64,000 nt of DNA, taken from contig CALJAM010000005.1 of assembly GCA_938027685.1 (NCBI GenBank), forward strand, positions 18,854 to 82,853, given 5' to 3'. Origin of the DNA: an uncultured Bryobacteraceae bacterium (GTDB lineage: Bacteria; Acidobacteriota; Terriglobia; Bryobacterales; Bryobacteraceae). Below, piece after piece: positions 48,673-59,046 of this stretch (positions are counted from its first letter, which is position 1; every line of letters starts with the position of its first letter). The translations under genes were made by a program, and so were the position numbers. Below the pieces are notes generated by a model, which did not search any database, was not told the DNA's origin, and saw only the letters and a list, made by a program, of their open reading frames with translations.

Positions 48673-49422
48673 ATGCCAATGCGCGAACTTTCCCGCACGA
48701 CAATCGAGCGACTGCGCTCGTTCGACACTCCGACCGTCGCCAATGCCATCGAACTATTCGATCTCAGACCGCGGCACACGGGCTACATGGACGCGCGCAT
48801 CCGCGCGCTGTTCCCCGAACTGCCGCCGATCGTGGGCTGCGCCTCGACCGCCCGCATGCACTGCGCGTTCGGCAGGGCTTCCGGAGACGTATATCGCGGC
48901 CTGGAAAAGCACATTGGGCGCTTCCAGGAGCTTCCCGGCCCGCCGATCGTGGTCGTGCAGGATCTGGACGATCCCCCGGTGGCGGCGACGTTCGGAGAAG
49001 TAATGTGCAGCAGCTACAAGGCCTTCGGGGCGCAAGGGATCGTCACCAGCGGCGCTGCGCGCGATATCGAACAGGTCCGCCGCCTCGAATTCCCGGCTTT
49101 CGCCGCCGGGGTCGTTTGCGCCCACGGCTACACGCACTTCGTCTCGCTGCACGAGCCGGTGCGCGTGGGCGGGCTTGTCGTTCAGCCGGGCGACTGGCTG
49201 CACGCTGACGGAAACGGGGTGATCAACGTCCCGACCGAGATCGCCGACGAGATCCCTGACGTCGCCGCCGAGTACGCGGCGGCCGAAGCTATCGTGCTGG
49301 ATTACCTGCGTCAGGGAAAGCCGGATCCCGCCGGCTACGCCGAAGCCCGCCGTGAAATGCTACGTCGGATCGAGGAGCTGGGCCGCCGTGTGCGCAGGGC
49401 GAGAGGAACCGTAGTGGGATAA
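48673..49422 (+). CDS. RraA family protein (RNase E regulator / HMG-aldolase-like)
   Basis: [40 protein letters not shown] and VNVP are RraA-like. ATG at 48673 is preferred over the TTG at 48655. Confidence 0.8.
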   Translation: MPMRELSRTTIERLRSFDTPTVANAIELFDLRPRHTGYMDARIRALFPELPPIVGCASTARMHCAFGRASGDVYRGLEKHIGRFQELPGPPIVVVQDLDDPPVAATFGEVMCSSYKAFGAQGIVTSGAARDIEQVRRLEFPAFAAGVVCAHGYTHFVSLHEPVRVGGLVVQPGDWLHADGNGVINVPTEIADEIPDVAAEYAAAEAIVLDYLRQGKPDPAGYAEARREMLRRIEELGRRVRRARGTVVG

Positions 49423-49441
49423 TGATTCGGGAGGTGAAAGG

Positions 49442-50716
49442 ATGGCGGCGGCGACCCAGATCCCGCTGGAGCAGGAACTGAATCCCTGGCTGGCCGCGGA
49501 GGTCCGTTTTGACGAAGCGGCGCAGCGCCTGGGGCTGGACAACGGCCTGGCGAAAGTGCTAAGGACGCCCTCCAAGGAGATCACCGTTTACATTCCCGTG
49601 CAACTGGACGACGGCCGGTTGGAGGTGTTCACCGGCTACCGCGTACAGCACTCGATCGCGCGCGGGCCCGCCAAGGGCGGCATCCGCTACGCGCCGGACG
49701 TCACGCTGGACGAGATCCGCGCGCTGGCTGCCTGGATGACCTGGAAGTGCGCCGTGGTCAACATACCCTTCGGAGGCGCCAAGGGCGGCGTGATCTGCGA
49801 TCCGTCCGTTCTTTCCGAAGCCGAACTGGAGCGGATCACGCGGCGATACACGGCGGAGCTGCTGCCTATCCTCGGGCCCGAAATCGACGTCCCCGCGCCG
49901 GACATGAACACCAACGAGCAGGTCATGGCCTGGATCATGGACACCTACTCCATGCACGTGCGCCAGACCACGACGGCGGTGGTGACGGGAAAGCCGCTCG
50001 ATCTTGGGGGATCGCGCGGCCGTACGGAAGCCACCGGCCGCGGGTGCATGATCGTCTGCAACGAGGCCCTCAAGCGCTTCGGCCTCGAGCCTGCTTCGAC
50101 CCGCGTGGTGGTCCAGGGCTTCGGAAACGTAGGCGGCATGGCTGCGAAGCTCATGAGTCAGGCCGGATACAAGATCATCGCCGTGATCGAGATCGACGGC
50201 GCCGTCTACAACGACAAAGGTCTCGACATCCCTGCCCTGCTCCGACATCGCAAACATACCGGGTCCATCCTGGATTTTCCGGGCGGCGAGAACATGAACC
50301 GCGACGAAGCCATGTACCTTGATTGCGACATCCTGCTGCCCGCCGCCAAGGAGAACGTCATCACCTCGCAGAACGCCGGACGCATTCGGGCGAAGATCAT
50401 CTGCGAAGGCGCCAACGGACCCACGACGCCCGTGGCCGACCGCATCTTGGCCGAAAAAGGCGTTTTCGTGATCCCCGACATTCTTGCCAACGCGGGCGGC
50501 GTCACGGTCTCGTACTTCGAATGGGTGCAGGATCGGCAGGGCTACTTCTGGAATGAAGAGCTGATCAACACCCGGTTGGAAGAGATCATGGTCAACAGCT
50601 TCCGCGACGTGACTGCGTACGCGGCCAGACACGGAGTGGATAACCGCATCGCCGCCTACATGCTGGCGCTGGACCGCGTAGCCTTCGCCATCAAGCTGCG
50701 CGGCATCTACGCCTGA
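49442..50716 (+). CDS. gdhA: glutamate dehydrogenase (Glu/Leu/Phe/Val dehydrogenase family)
   Basis: [17 protein letters not shown] and GFGNVG (Rossmann) are present. The length is 424 aa. Confidence 0.9.
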   Translation: MAAATQIPLEQELNPWLAAEVRFDEAAQRLGLDNGLAKVLRTPSKEITVYIPVQLDDGRLEVFTGYRVQHSIARGPAKGGIRYAPDVTLDEIRALAAWMTWKCAVVNIPFGGAKGGVICDPSVLSEAELERITRRYTAELLPILGPEIDVPAPDMNTNEQVMAWIMDTYSMHVRQTTTAVVTGKPLDLGGSRGRTEATGRGCMIVCNEALKRFGLEPASTRVVVQGFGNVGGMAAKLMSQAGYKIIAVIEIDGAVYNDKGLDIPALLRHRKHTGSILDFPGGENMNRDEAMYLDCDILLPAAKENVITSQNAGRIRAKIICEGANGPTTPVADRILAEKGVFVIPDILANAGGVTVSYFEWVQDRQGYFWNEELINTRLEEIMVNSFRDVTAYAARHGVDNRIAAYMLALDRVAFAIKLRGIYA

Positions 50717-50755
50717 GGCCGGCGTGGATCCCACACGCATACGGCAAAGTCGGCA

Positions 50756-53368
50756 ATGGGCACGGACGCTGCGACGCCGCTGATGCGCCAGTATCACGCC
50801 ATCAAGCGGCAAGTCCCCGGCGCGCTGCTCATGTTCCGGCTCGGCGATTTCTACGAGCTTTTCTACGAAGACGCCGTCGTCGCCGCGCGCGAACTCGAGA
50901 TCACGCTGACCTCGCGGAACAAGGAAAGCGGTCAACCGATTCCCATGTGCGGCGTGCCATACCACGCCGCCGAAAACTACATCGCCCGTCTGGTGGCGCG
51001 GGGTTATCGTGTTGCCCTTTGCGATCAGATGGAGGACCCGCGCAAGGCTCGCAAGCTGGTGCGCCGCGAGATCACGCGCATCGTGACCCCGGGCACGGCC
51101 ACCGAAACCGCTTTGCTGCGCAGCGGGGAGAACAACTATCTGGCAGCCGTGCTGCGGGAGCGAGACCGCGTCGGATTGGCTTGGGTGGACGTCTCGACCG
51201 GGGAGTTCCGCGCAACCGAAACAGGAATGGAAGAATTGCGGGAGGTGCTGGAGACACTCGGCGCGCGCGAGGTCCTGCTGCCGGCAGCCACGGACTGGCC
51301 GTTCACGGGTGCCTTAGCCGTTGCCGCACGCACGGAACGCGAGCCCTGGACCTTCGATCCCGATCACGGCGAACGCATCCTCCGAGAACACTTTCGCCTG
51401 TTGAGCCTGGACGGCGCCGGGTTGGGCGGGCGACGTCTGGCCGTCGGGGCCGCGGGCGCCATCCTGGAATACCTGCGCGAAACGCAACGCGCGGCGCTCG
51501 AGCATCTGGAAGTCCCGCGCTACTTCGACCGCGCGACCTCGATGCGCCTGGATGCGGTCACGGTGCGCAATCTGGAGCTGCTCGAGCCTTTGTTCCCGCC
51601 CGAAATGGGAGGCTTGCGGGATGCCAGCCTGCTGGGCGTCATCGACTCGACGCAAACGGCCATGGGCGCGCGTCTTCTGCGGGCGCGCCTGCTCCGTCCC
51701 TCGCTGGATTTGGGCGAGATCGAGGCTCGGCTGGACGCGGTGGAGGAGCTCGCCCGCAAGACGGTCGAACGCGGAGAGCTACGGGGCGAGCTGGCGAGCA
51801 TGGCCGACCTCGAGCGGCTTTTGGCCCGGCTCACGGTAGGCACGGCCGGTCCGCGAGAGATGCTGGCCCTGGGGCGTTCGCTCGAGCGAATCCCTCGGCT
51901 CAAGCAGCTGTTGGGCGAACCCCGCTCGGCTAGACTGCGCGAGGTGGCTGAGCGGATGGACGAGCTGGCCGACGTGCGCGATCGCATCCTCGCCGCGATC
52001 CATCCTGAGCCGCCGGCCAATCTCGCCGACGGCGGCGCGATCCGCGACGGCTACCACGCCGAACTGGACGCCCTGCGCGACCTCAGCCGCAACACCCGCC
52101 GCTACTTGGCCGAGATCGAGCAGCGCGAGCGCGCACGCACGGGCATCGCCTCGCTCAAAGTACGTTTCAACAACGTCTTCGGCTACTACTTGGAGGTCTC
52201 CAAGGCCAACCTTCACCTGGTTCCACCGGATTACGAGCGCAAACAGACCCTCGTTGGCGCCGAGCGGTTCACCACGCCCGAGCTCAAGGAGCTCGAAGCG
52301 AAGATCCTGGCGGCGGAAGAGAAGATTCTCGAGCTCGAAAAGGAGATTTTCAACGAGCTGCGCTCCTTCGCCGCGTCGCAGGCCGCGCGCATCCGTACGA
52401 CGGCCGCGGCGATCGCGGAGCTGGACGTTACGGCGGCGCTGGCCCAAACCGCCGTCGAAAACCGCTATCGCCGTCCGCGCTTTTCCGCTTCGGGCCGCAT
52501 GCGCGTCCTCGCCGGCCGACACCCGGTCGTCGAGAAGCTGTGCGAACGGGAGGGTTCGCGCTTCATTCCCAACGACGTTTACCTGGATCCCGAGGGCGAG
52601 TTCATCGCCGTGATCACCGGGCCGAACATGGGAGGCAAGTCCACCTACCTGCGCCAGGCGGCTCTCATCGCCATCCTGGCGCAGATGGGCTCGTTCGTTC
52701 CCGCCGACGAAGCCGAACTACCGCTCATCGATCGCGTGTTTACGCGGATCGGCGCCTCCGACAATCTGGCTCGCGGACGCTCCACGTTCATGGTCGAGAT
52801 GACCGAGACGGCCGAGATTCTGAATACGGCGACCGCCCAGAGCTTGATCGTGCTGGACGAGGTGGGCAGGGGCACCGCGACCTTCGACGGGCTGGCGCTG
52901 GCCTGGGCGGTGGTTGAGTACATCCACGATCGTCTGCGGGCCAAGACGCTCTTTGCAACGCATTACCATGAGTTGACCGAGCTGGCCGAGCTCCTGGCGG
53001 GCGTGCGAAACCTGAGGGTCTCGGTGAAGGAGTCCGGGGACCAGATCGTCTTCTTGCGCAAGGTGGAGCCTGGGGCCGCCGATCGCAGCTACGGAATCGA
53101 AGTGGCGCGCCTGGCGGGCTTGCCCGCGCCGGTCATCGAGCGGGCGCGCGAGGTGCTGGCGCTGCACGAACGCACCGAGCACGAGGTCACCGAGGAGCTC
53201 TCGCCGCGCCCGGTGCCCGCATCCATGCCTGTGCAGATCCGCCTGTTCGAACCCGTCAGCCATCAGATCGCCGAGCGCATCCGCGGGCTCAATCTCGACG
53301 AGCTGCGGCCAATCGAGGCGCTGCGAATTCTGGCCGAGTTGCAGGAAGAACTGAAGCGCCAGTTTTGA
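50756..53368 (+). CDS. mutS: DNA mismatch repair protein MutS
   Basis: TPLMRQYHAIKRQVPGALLMFRLGDFYELFYEDA, Walker A GPNMGGKST, DEVGRGTATFDG and THYHELT are present. Confidence 0.95.
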   Translation: MGTDAATPLMRQYHAIKRQVPGALLMFRLGDFYELFYEDAVVAARELEITLTSRNKESGQPIPMCGVPYHAAENYIARLVARGYRVALCDQMEDPRKARKLVRREITRIVTPGTATETALLRSGENNYLAAVLRERDRVGLAWVDVSTGEFRATETGMEELREVLETLGAREVLLPAATDWPFTGALAVAARTEREPWTFDPDHGERILREHFRLLSLDGAGLGGRRLAVGAAGAILEYLRETQRAALEHLEVPRYFDRATSMRLDAVTVRNLELLEPLFPPEMGGLRDASLLGVIDSTQTAMGARLLRARLLRPSLDLGEIEARLDAVEELARKTVERGELRGELASMADLERLLARLTVGTAGPREMLALGRSLERIPRLKQLLGEPRSARLREVAERMDELADVRDRILAAIHPEPPANLADGGAIRDGYHAELDALRDLSRNTRRYLAEIEQRERARTGIASLKVRFNNVFGYYLEVSKANLHLVPPDYERKQTLVGAERFTTPELKELEAKILAAEEKILELEKEIFNELRSFAASQAARIRTTAAAIAELDVTAALAQTAVENRYRRPRFSASGRMRVLAGRHPVVEKLCEREGSRFIPNDVYLDPEGEFIAVITGPNMGGKSTYLRQAALIAILAQMGSFVPADEAELPLIDRVFTRIGASDNLARGRSTFMVEMTETAEILNTATAQSLIVLDEVGRGTATFDGLALAWAVVEYIHDRLRAKTLFATHYHELTELAELLAGVRNLRVSVKESGDQIVFLRKVEPGAADRSYGIEVARLAGLPAPVIERAREVLALHERTEHEVTEELSPRPVPASMPVQIRLFEPVSHQIAERIRGLNLDELRPIEALRILAELQEELKRQF

Positions 53369-53394
53369 GGCGGCACAGCGAGAGGACAAGCCCC

Positions 53395-54534
53395 ATGCGC
53401 GTGGCCGGTTTGATGAGCGGCACATCGCTCGATGGCATCGACGTGGCCATTGTGGAGATCTCAGGGCGGGGCTGGTCGAAGCGGGTGCGCACGCTGGCGT
53501 TCCGCACCGTGCCTTACCCCGAGAAAGTCCGGCAGACCATCCTCAGCGTCTCGAATGCGCCCACTCACACAGCCATCATCTCGCGGCTGAACTTCCTCCT
53601 CGGCGAGCTTTACGCGCAGGCGCTCATCGAGACGACGCGGCGCGCACGGATCCCTGTGGACTCCATCGAGCTCATAGGTTCGCACGGTCAAACGATCTTC
53701 CACGAGGGCGCACCGGTTCCCTTCCTCGGGCGCCGCATTGCGAGTACGCTTCAGATCGGCGAGGCTGCGGTCCTGGCCGAGCGCACCGGCATTCCCGTCG
53801 TGGCGGATTTCCGGCCGCGAGACATCGCGGCGGGAGGACGCGGGGCGCCCTTGGTGCCCTACGTGGATTACCTGCTCTTCCGCCATCGTCGACGCGGTCG
53901 CGTATTGCTCAACATCGGCGGCATCGCCAACATCACGGCCATTCCGCCCGCCGCGCGACCACAGGACGTCATCGCCTTCGACACAGGCCCGGGTAACATG
54001 GTGGTCGACGCGCTGGCGCAACACCACACCAAAGGGCGTTGGAAGTTTGACCGCGACGGGCGTCTGGCCGCGCGGGGTCGGCTGAACCGCGAGCTGCTCG
54101 ATCGTCTGCTGGATGATCCCTACTTGCGGCAGCCGCCGCCCAAGAGTGCAGGGCGCGAGCAGTACGGTCGCGAATTCGTGGGGAGGCTGCTTGAAACGGG
54201 CCTGCCCCTGCCGGATCTCATCGCCACCGCAACGGCTTTCACGGCGGCCGCCGTCGCCGTAGGCATCGAGCGATTCGTGCGTCCCCGCATGCCGGTTCAC
54301 GAGCTGATCGCCTCCGGCGGCGGCGTGCACAACCCGCGGATGATGGCCCAATTGACGGCTTTTCTGCCCGGCGTCCGCGTGGCGCAGACCGGTGATTTCG
54401 GGGTGGACCCGGATGCCAAGGAAGCTATTGCCTTTGCAGTTCTAGCCTACGAGACGTGGAAGCGCCGTCCGGCGAACCTCCCCGCCGCGACCGGAGCGCG
54501 GCGCCCGGTCGTGTTAGGCAAGATCAGTTGGTGA
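53395..54534 (+). CDS. anmK: anhydro-N-acetylmuramic acid kinase
   Basis: MRVAGLMSGTSLDGIDVAIVEI, ADFRPRDIAAGGRGAPLVP and NIGGIANIT are AnmK signatures. Confidence 0.9.
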   Translation: MRVAGLMSGTSLDGIDVAIVEISGRGWSKRVRTLAFRTVPYPEKVRQTILSVSNAPTHTAIISRLNFLLGELYAQALIETTRRARIPVDSIELIGSHGQTIFHEGAPVPFLGRRIASTLQIGEAAVLAERTGIPVVADFRPRDIAAGGRGAPLVPYVDYLLFRHRRRGRVLLNIGGIANITAIPPAARPQDVIAFDTGPGNMVVDALAQHHTKGRWKFDRDGRLAARGRLNRELLDRLLDDPYLRQPPPKSAGREQYGREFVGRLLETGLPLPDLIATATAFTAAAVAVGIERFVRPRMPVHELIASGGGVHNPRMMAQLTAFLPGVRVAQTGDFGVDPDAKEAIAFAVLAYETWKRRPANLPAATGARRPVVLGKISW

Positions 54535-54564
54535 GCGGCGCGGTCCGGCCGCTCCCGCGGTCGC

Positions 54565-57500
54565 TCACCATTTCAGCATCAGCACGAGTTTGATGTTGCG
54601 CGGCAGGTTGCGCTGCGTCGGATCCAGTTGACCGAAGCGGGGATCGGTCACATTCACCGAGGCGATGCTGGAGAACCACGGGTGGTTGAAGGCGTTGATC
54701 ATCTCGAATCGGAACTCGAGCTGGGTCTGCTCCTTCAGCCGGAACAGCTTGGTCAGTGACGCATCCCAGTTCTTGTAGCCGGGTACACGCACATCCCCGA
54801 AAAGCGTCGGGAAGTCGCGCAGCGTGTAGGGCTCCTGCGGCGAAACGCGGCGGCCGGTCACCGGATCGTCCCAGAGCGAAGTATTGAACCACCGGCCCGG
54901 CGTGGGGTTCTTCAGTTTGGCGCTGCCCGGACGCACCTGTTTGGCGTTGGGGTAGGCCACGACCCAGCCGCTCTGGTAGGTAATGTCCCAGTTCAGCCGC
55001 CAGCCCCCGAGCGCGTGGTCCAGGGCCCGCGGCCACTGGGCGCCGAAGCGCCGGTTCCGCCCGAAGGGCAGTTCGTAGATGCCCACGATGGCGAACTTCT
55101 GCGGGATGTCGACGGTTCCGGCCGAGCGCTTCTCCAGACGAGTATCCTCCGGCCGGGCCAGCACGAAATCCTGCGCGTTCAGCAGCGATACCTGCTCCAG
55201 GTTCTTCATGATGCCGTAGCTGGCCAGGAAGCTCAGCCCGTGCGAGAAGCGCTTGGTGACCTTGGATTGGAAACCGTGGTAGCGCATCTTGCCGATGGGC
55301 ACGTTGCTGAGGCTGACGCTGGCGTACTGCGGGAACGCTACCATGAGGTTCTGCCGCGGAATCGTCGGCGCGTTGAGTGTGGGGTTGGCCGGGATGAGGC
55401 CGGCCATGGGGTTGGGCACGCGCTCGGTGTAGTAAGCGGTGTCGATAGCGCCGTCCGGCCTGCGGCGACCCAGCTCGGAGGCCGGAATGTAGTTCAGCCC
55501 CACCCCCACCGGGAGCTTGCGCTGGGCGTTGCCCACGTAGCCGACCTCGACCAGTGCGTTGCCGGGCAACTCGCGCTGGATATCGAAAGAGTACTGATGC
55601 GAGAAGGGTAGCGGCCGGTCGAAGTATTGGCCGGGCACGCTCTCGCCCAGGAAGCTGGCAGCCCCCTGGCTGGAGCCGATGGGATCGAGCAGGCGGCCGC
55701 CGGGCAGGTTGGCGAACGCGTTGGTCAGCGTGACCGCGGGCGTCAAGCCGCCGTCGGTGCTCACCACGGCCGCGGTCTGGCGGCTGAAGCCCTGGGTCGA
55801 GCCGTTTTCGTTCTGGCCCAGGTAGTAGAGACCGTAGCCGCCACGCAGCACCCACTTGTCGCTGACGCGGAAGGCGACACCCAGCCGGGGCTGGAAGTTG
55901 TTACGGTCCGGCTCGAAGACGTACCGCGGCTGGCCCGCCACGCCTGCGAACAACACGGCGCCCTTCAACGTCAGGCCCTTCACCTTGTCGGCGATCGGGC
56001 TGGGCGCGTTCCAATCGAAGCCTCGCACGATGCGGTTGAAACGCTCGTAGTTGGGCGTCTCGTAATCCCAGCGCAGGCCCAGGTTGAGCGTCAGTCGCGG
56101 CGTGACTTTCCAGTCGTCATTGAAGAATACCGCGTAGTAGCGGTGCAGGAAGGTCGGGTCGATATTGCGGTCCACGTACGCACTGGTCGGATAACCAAGC
56201 AGGAAGGTGGCGATTTCGTTGCCCGAGACCGGATCGGCTCGGAGCGCGTGGGCCTGCGTCCAGTTTCGCCCGAAGCTGTAACGACCGCTGGCCATGCCAG
56301 GGTTGGCGACGTTGTCTTTATATTGTCGGGCCTCGAAGCCGAATTTGGTGTAGTGCCGGCCGACCACCAGCCCGGCGTTAGGCTGCAGGCTGTAAGTATC
56401 GTTGGTCGAGGTGTTGAGCAGCCGATCCGCGCCGGCCGCCTGGTAGATGCCGAGATCGAACCGCGGGAACTGCAACCGCGTGAACTGTGCCACCAGCGCA
56501 GGATCAAAGCCCAGGCGCCGCGGGTCGAAGCCTGCGCCGAACGTGTTGCCGGTGGTCTCCTCCCAGCGGTTCAGTCCCGCGCGGAGGTTGAAGGTCATAC
56601 GCGGGTTGATCGTGGACGTCCAGTCGAAGACCCAGCTCCGCCCGTTGCGCTTGAGCGGCGCATTACCCGTGGGCTCGGCAGGATTAGGCGTGGGCCACAC
56701 CAGCGCGCGGAACTCCTCGAACGGGTTCTGGCCGTAGCGGAAGTAGAACGTATTCTTGGAATTCAGCACAAAGTCCACGCGGCCCGTCCACTGGTCGAAG
56801 CCGCAGTTCCAGCGCGAGCGGTAGATGTAGTTGTTGACACGCGCCGGGCCCTCACCCTCGCGGTTGGGCGGTGGGTAGTACTTGAAGACCTCGAGCGCGA
56901 TCGGGTGGAGGCGACTCGCCGGCAGGCGGTTACCTGCAAACGGTTGCCGAACTCCGTCGCGCGTGGTGGTCAGCGGATCGTAAATGATCACAGGCTGGCC
57001 CTGCGCGTTGTAGAGGTTCGAGAAGTCGCCCGTGCGCCACTCCATCAAGGGGAAGGTGCGCGTGCCGGGGTCGCCCGTGCGCTGCCGCATCCCTTCGTAG
57101 TTGAGCATCCAAAAGAGGCGATTGCGGCCGTCATAAAGCTTGGGCACGTAGACCGGCCCGGCAAGCTGGAAACCGAACTGGTTGATGTGGAAGGGTGCGC
57201 GCGGTTGCCCGGCGCGATTCAACTCGCTGGTGTTGGCATTGAGTTTGTCGTTCTGGAAGTGCTCGAAAAGCGTCCCGTGGAACTCGTTGGTTCCGGACTT
57301 GGTGACGATCGTGATGATGCCTCCGCCCGTGCGTCCGTACTGCGCGTCATAGGTGTTCGTGAGTACGCGGAACTCCTGCACGGACTCCATCGTGGGCACA
57401 TGGATCACCGTACGGTCCGCACGGACGTTGCTGATGCCGTCGAGCAGCACCTCGTTCTCCCTGTTCTTGCCGCCGTTGATGGACACGCCGGAGGTGCCGA

Positions 57501-58026
57501 GGATGTCGAAGGAGCGCAGATAGCGCCAGTCGCCGGCCTTGATGACGCCGGCCGCCGCCCAGGCGAGCTGGAACGGGTTGCGCCCCTGCGTTGGGACCAT
57601 GCTGATGAGTTCGTTGGCGATCACTTGCGATCGAGTGGCCGTTTCGGTCTGAAGCAGCGAAACCGATTCCCGCACGGTTATGCTTTCGGTGAGCTGCCCG
57701 ATCTCGAGCGTAACGTCCAACCGGAGCTTGTCCTGTGCTTGCAGGACGATGTTCTCGCGCACGAAACGCTTGAAGCCGGGCTGCTCGACCGTAAGCCGGT
57801 AAGTCCCGGGCGCCAGGAAGGGAGTCACATAATTGCCGCTCTCATTGCTGGCGACCGTGAAGGAGACGTTCTGGGCGACGTTGGTTACCGTGACCGTGGC
57901 GCCGGCCACAGGCGCACCGCTGGGGTCGGTGATCAGACCTGTTATCGTGGCCCGCACCTCCTGGCCCAGGGCCGCCGTAGCCAGACACACGAGGCAGAGG
58001 AAGACGACGATCTTGAACCCTCGCAT
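54565..58026 (-). CDS. TonB-dependent receptor with carboxypeptidase-regulatory-like N-domain
   Basis: MRGFKIVVFLCLVCLATAALGQEVRATITGLITDPSGAPVAGATVTV...YRLTVEQPGFKRF. It is a paralogue in architecture of the receptor at 33914-37168. Confidence 0.85.
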   Translation of the reverse strand: MRGFKIVVFLCLVCLATAALGQEVRATITGLITDPSGAPVAGATVTVTNVAQNVSFTVASNESGNYVTPFLAPGTYRLTVEQPGFKRFVRENIVLQAQDKLRLDVTLEIGQLTESITVRESVSLLQTETATRSQVIANELISMVPTQGRNPFQLAWAAAGVIKAGDWRYLRSFDILGTSGVSINGGKNRENEVLLDGISNVRADRTVIHVPTMESVQEFRVLTNTYDAQYGRTGGGIITIVTKSGTNEFHGTLFEHFQNDKLNANTSELNRAGQPRAPFHINQFGFQLAGPVYVPKLYDGRNRLFWMLNYEGMRQRTGDPGTRTFPLMEWRTGDFSNLYNAQGQPVIIYDPLTTTRDGVRQPFAGNRLPASRLHPIALEVFKYYPPPNREGEGPARVNNYIYRSRWNCGFDQWTGRVDFVLNSKNTFYFRYGQNPFEEFRALVWPTPNPAEPTGNAPLKRNGRSWVFDWTSTINPRMTFNLRAGLNRWEETTGNTFGAGFDPRRLGFDPALVAQFTRLQFPRFDLGIYQAAGADRLLNTSTNDTYSLQPNAGLVVGRHYTKFGFEARQYKDNVANPGMASGRYSFGRNWTQAHALRADPVSGNEIATFLLGYPTSAYVDRNIDPTFLHRYYAVFFNDDWKVTPRLTLNLGLRWDYETPNYERFNRIVRGFDWNAPSPIADKVKGLTLKGAVLFAGVAGQPRYVFEPDRNNFQPRLGVAFRVSDKWVLRGGYGLYYLGQNENGSTQGFSRQTAAVVSTDGGLTPAVTLTNAFANLPGGRLLDPIGSSQGAASFLGESVPGQYFDRPLPFSHQYSFDIQRELPGNALVEVGYVGNAQRKLPVGVGLNYIPASELGRRRPDGAIDTAYYTERVPNPMAGLIPANPTLNAPTIPRQNLMVAFPQYASVSLSNVPIGKMRYHGFQSKVTKRFSHGLSFLASYGIMKNLEQVSLLNAQDFVLARPEDTRLEKRSAGTVDIPQKFAIVGIYELPFGRNRRFGAQWPRALDHALGGWRLNWDITYQSGWVVAYPNAKQVRPGSAKLKNPTPGRWFNTSLWDDPVTGRRVSPQEPYTLRDFPTLFGDVRVPGYKNWDASLTKLFRLKEQTQLEFRFEMINAFNHPWFSSIASVNVTDPRFGQLDPTQRNLPRNIKLVLMLKW

Positions 58027-58061
58027 GGAAGTCCCCCTTCGTCTGACCCTTGCCGGCTCCT

Positions 58062-58090
58062 ATTATACGACCAGCCTCAATACCCGTCAA
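58062..58090 (-). promoter_or_regulatory. near-consensus sigma-70 promoter for the receptor gene at 58026
   Basis: The minus strand reads TTGACG (58090-58085), a 17-nt spacer, then TATAAT (58067-58062). A G-rich RBS (GAAGGGGGAC) and the ATG at 58026 follow. Confidence 0.55.
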
Positions 58091-58359
58091 TTCGCATAGA
58101 GCCGTTACCCTTCTGCGGCCGCACGTGGCGCGGCCCTTGTTTCCCCACCGCTCGTAGGTACTCGCTTAGAAACGGGGAGCCTTCCGCCGGTCGGCTGTGG
58201 GGGCGCAATGGTGGCTCCTGAACGCCTGAGCCGAGGAGACAACCGAACGGGCACTCGTGGCCGCCTCTCTCTGGGGGCGCCGTCTTGGTATCTGCCTCCG
58301 ACGCGCCGACGCGGGTCAGCGAAGAACCCTGCCTGCGCCAAATAGCCGACAGGCGGATT

Positions 58360-59046
58360 TTATAACTCGAGAACTTCGATCGCCGGCTTACGCCGTCTCA
58401 GCCAGAGCGCCTCCAGGGCGCCAAGGCCGCCGCTCGCAGCAAGGTATAGAAAGAAAGCCGCTAGGCCGGCCGGAAACAGCAGGCGGCTGCGAGTCAGATC
58501 CGGCATGGGAACCTCAAGAACAGGGAGCGGCCAGTGGCGCCACGCCACGGACTTGGGGCTCCCGCCGCTGCCCCTGCCGCCTGCGGCGCGAGCGTCGCCC
58601 GGCCGCGACCCCTCCAGGCTCTCCCGGAGGCGGCGCCGGAACTGCAGGAGTTCGACGGCGCTGAACGACCCGGCGGCCCGGGCGTCAGCCAAGACCGACG
58701 CCAGCAGCGCCCGGTTGCCGCATGTGTTGGCCGAGCACCCGATGCCAAAGCGGACCACCGAACGCACATATTCAGCGACTAGCCGCGCCTTTTGCTCAGA
58801 CGAGAACTTGTAACTTCCTTGCCGGTCCACCTCGAGCAAGCGGGCCAGCATATACTGCCGCGCGTGCGGATTGTGTTTTTCAAAGAACTCTTGGAGCCCT
58901 AGACCAAGTTTATCTTCGACATAGACCTGATAGCTCTTTTCCCAATAAGTTCCGCTCGCGTTTTCGGGCGTAGTCGCCTGCCAGCCGTAAAGATTTTCCA
59001 AGTGATCGGCTATCTCACGGGCGCCGCTGTAACCGGAAGCCTGCAT
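58360..59046 (-). CDS. CobN/HmuS-like chelatase, C-terminal 228 codons (same frame, begins directly after the TAG)
   Basis: MQASGYSGAREIADHLENLYGWQATT continues the CobN alignment (xKRHGYKGAFE..VDYLFGWDAT). The C-terminus carries a hydrophobic helix, LLFPAGLAAFFLYLAASGGLGAL. Confidence 0.7.
   Translation of the reverse strand: MQASGYSGAREIADHLENLYGWQATTPENASGTYWEKSYQVYVEDKLGLGLQEFFEKHNPHARQYMLARLLEVDRQGSYKFSSEQKARLVAEYVRSVVRFGIGCSANTCGNRALLASVLADARAAGSFSAVELLQFRRRLRESLEGSRPGDARAAGGRGSGGSPKSVAWRHWPLPVLEVPMPDLTRSRLLFPAGLAAFFLYLAASGGLGALEALWLRRRKPAIEVLEL

Noticed and set aside
54530-54570. GC-rich inverted repeats between anmK and the convergent receptor gene as an intrinsic terminator
   Set aside because: Stems exist (GAGCGGC/GCCGCTC, GGTGAGCG/CGCTCACC). 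No U-run follows on either strand, so I did not list it as a terminator.
55627-58221. 864-aa plus-strand ORF
   Set aside because: It is fully antisense to a TonB-dependent receptor with clear family motifs. The translation is Arg/Gly/Ala-rich nonsense with no recognisable domain, which is a typical high-GC antisense open frame.
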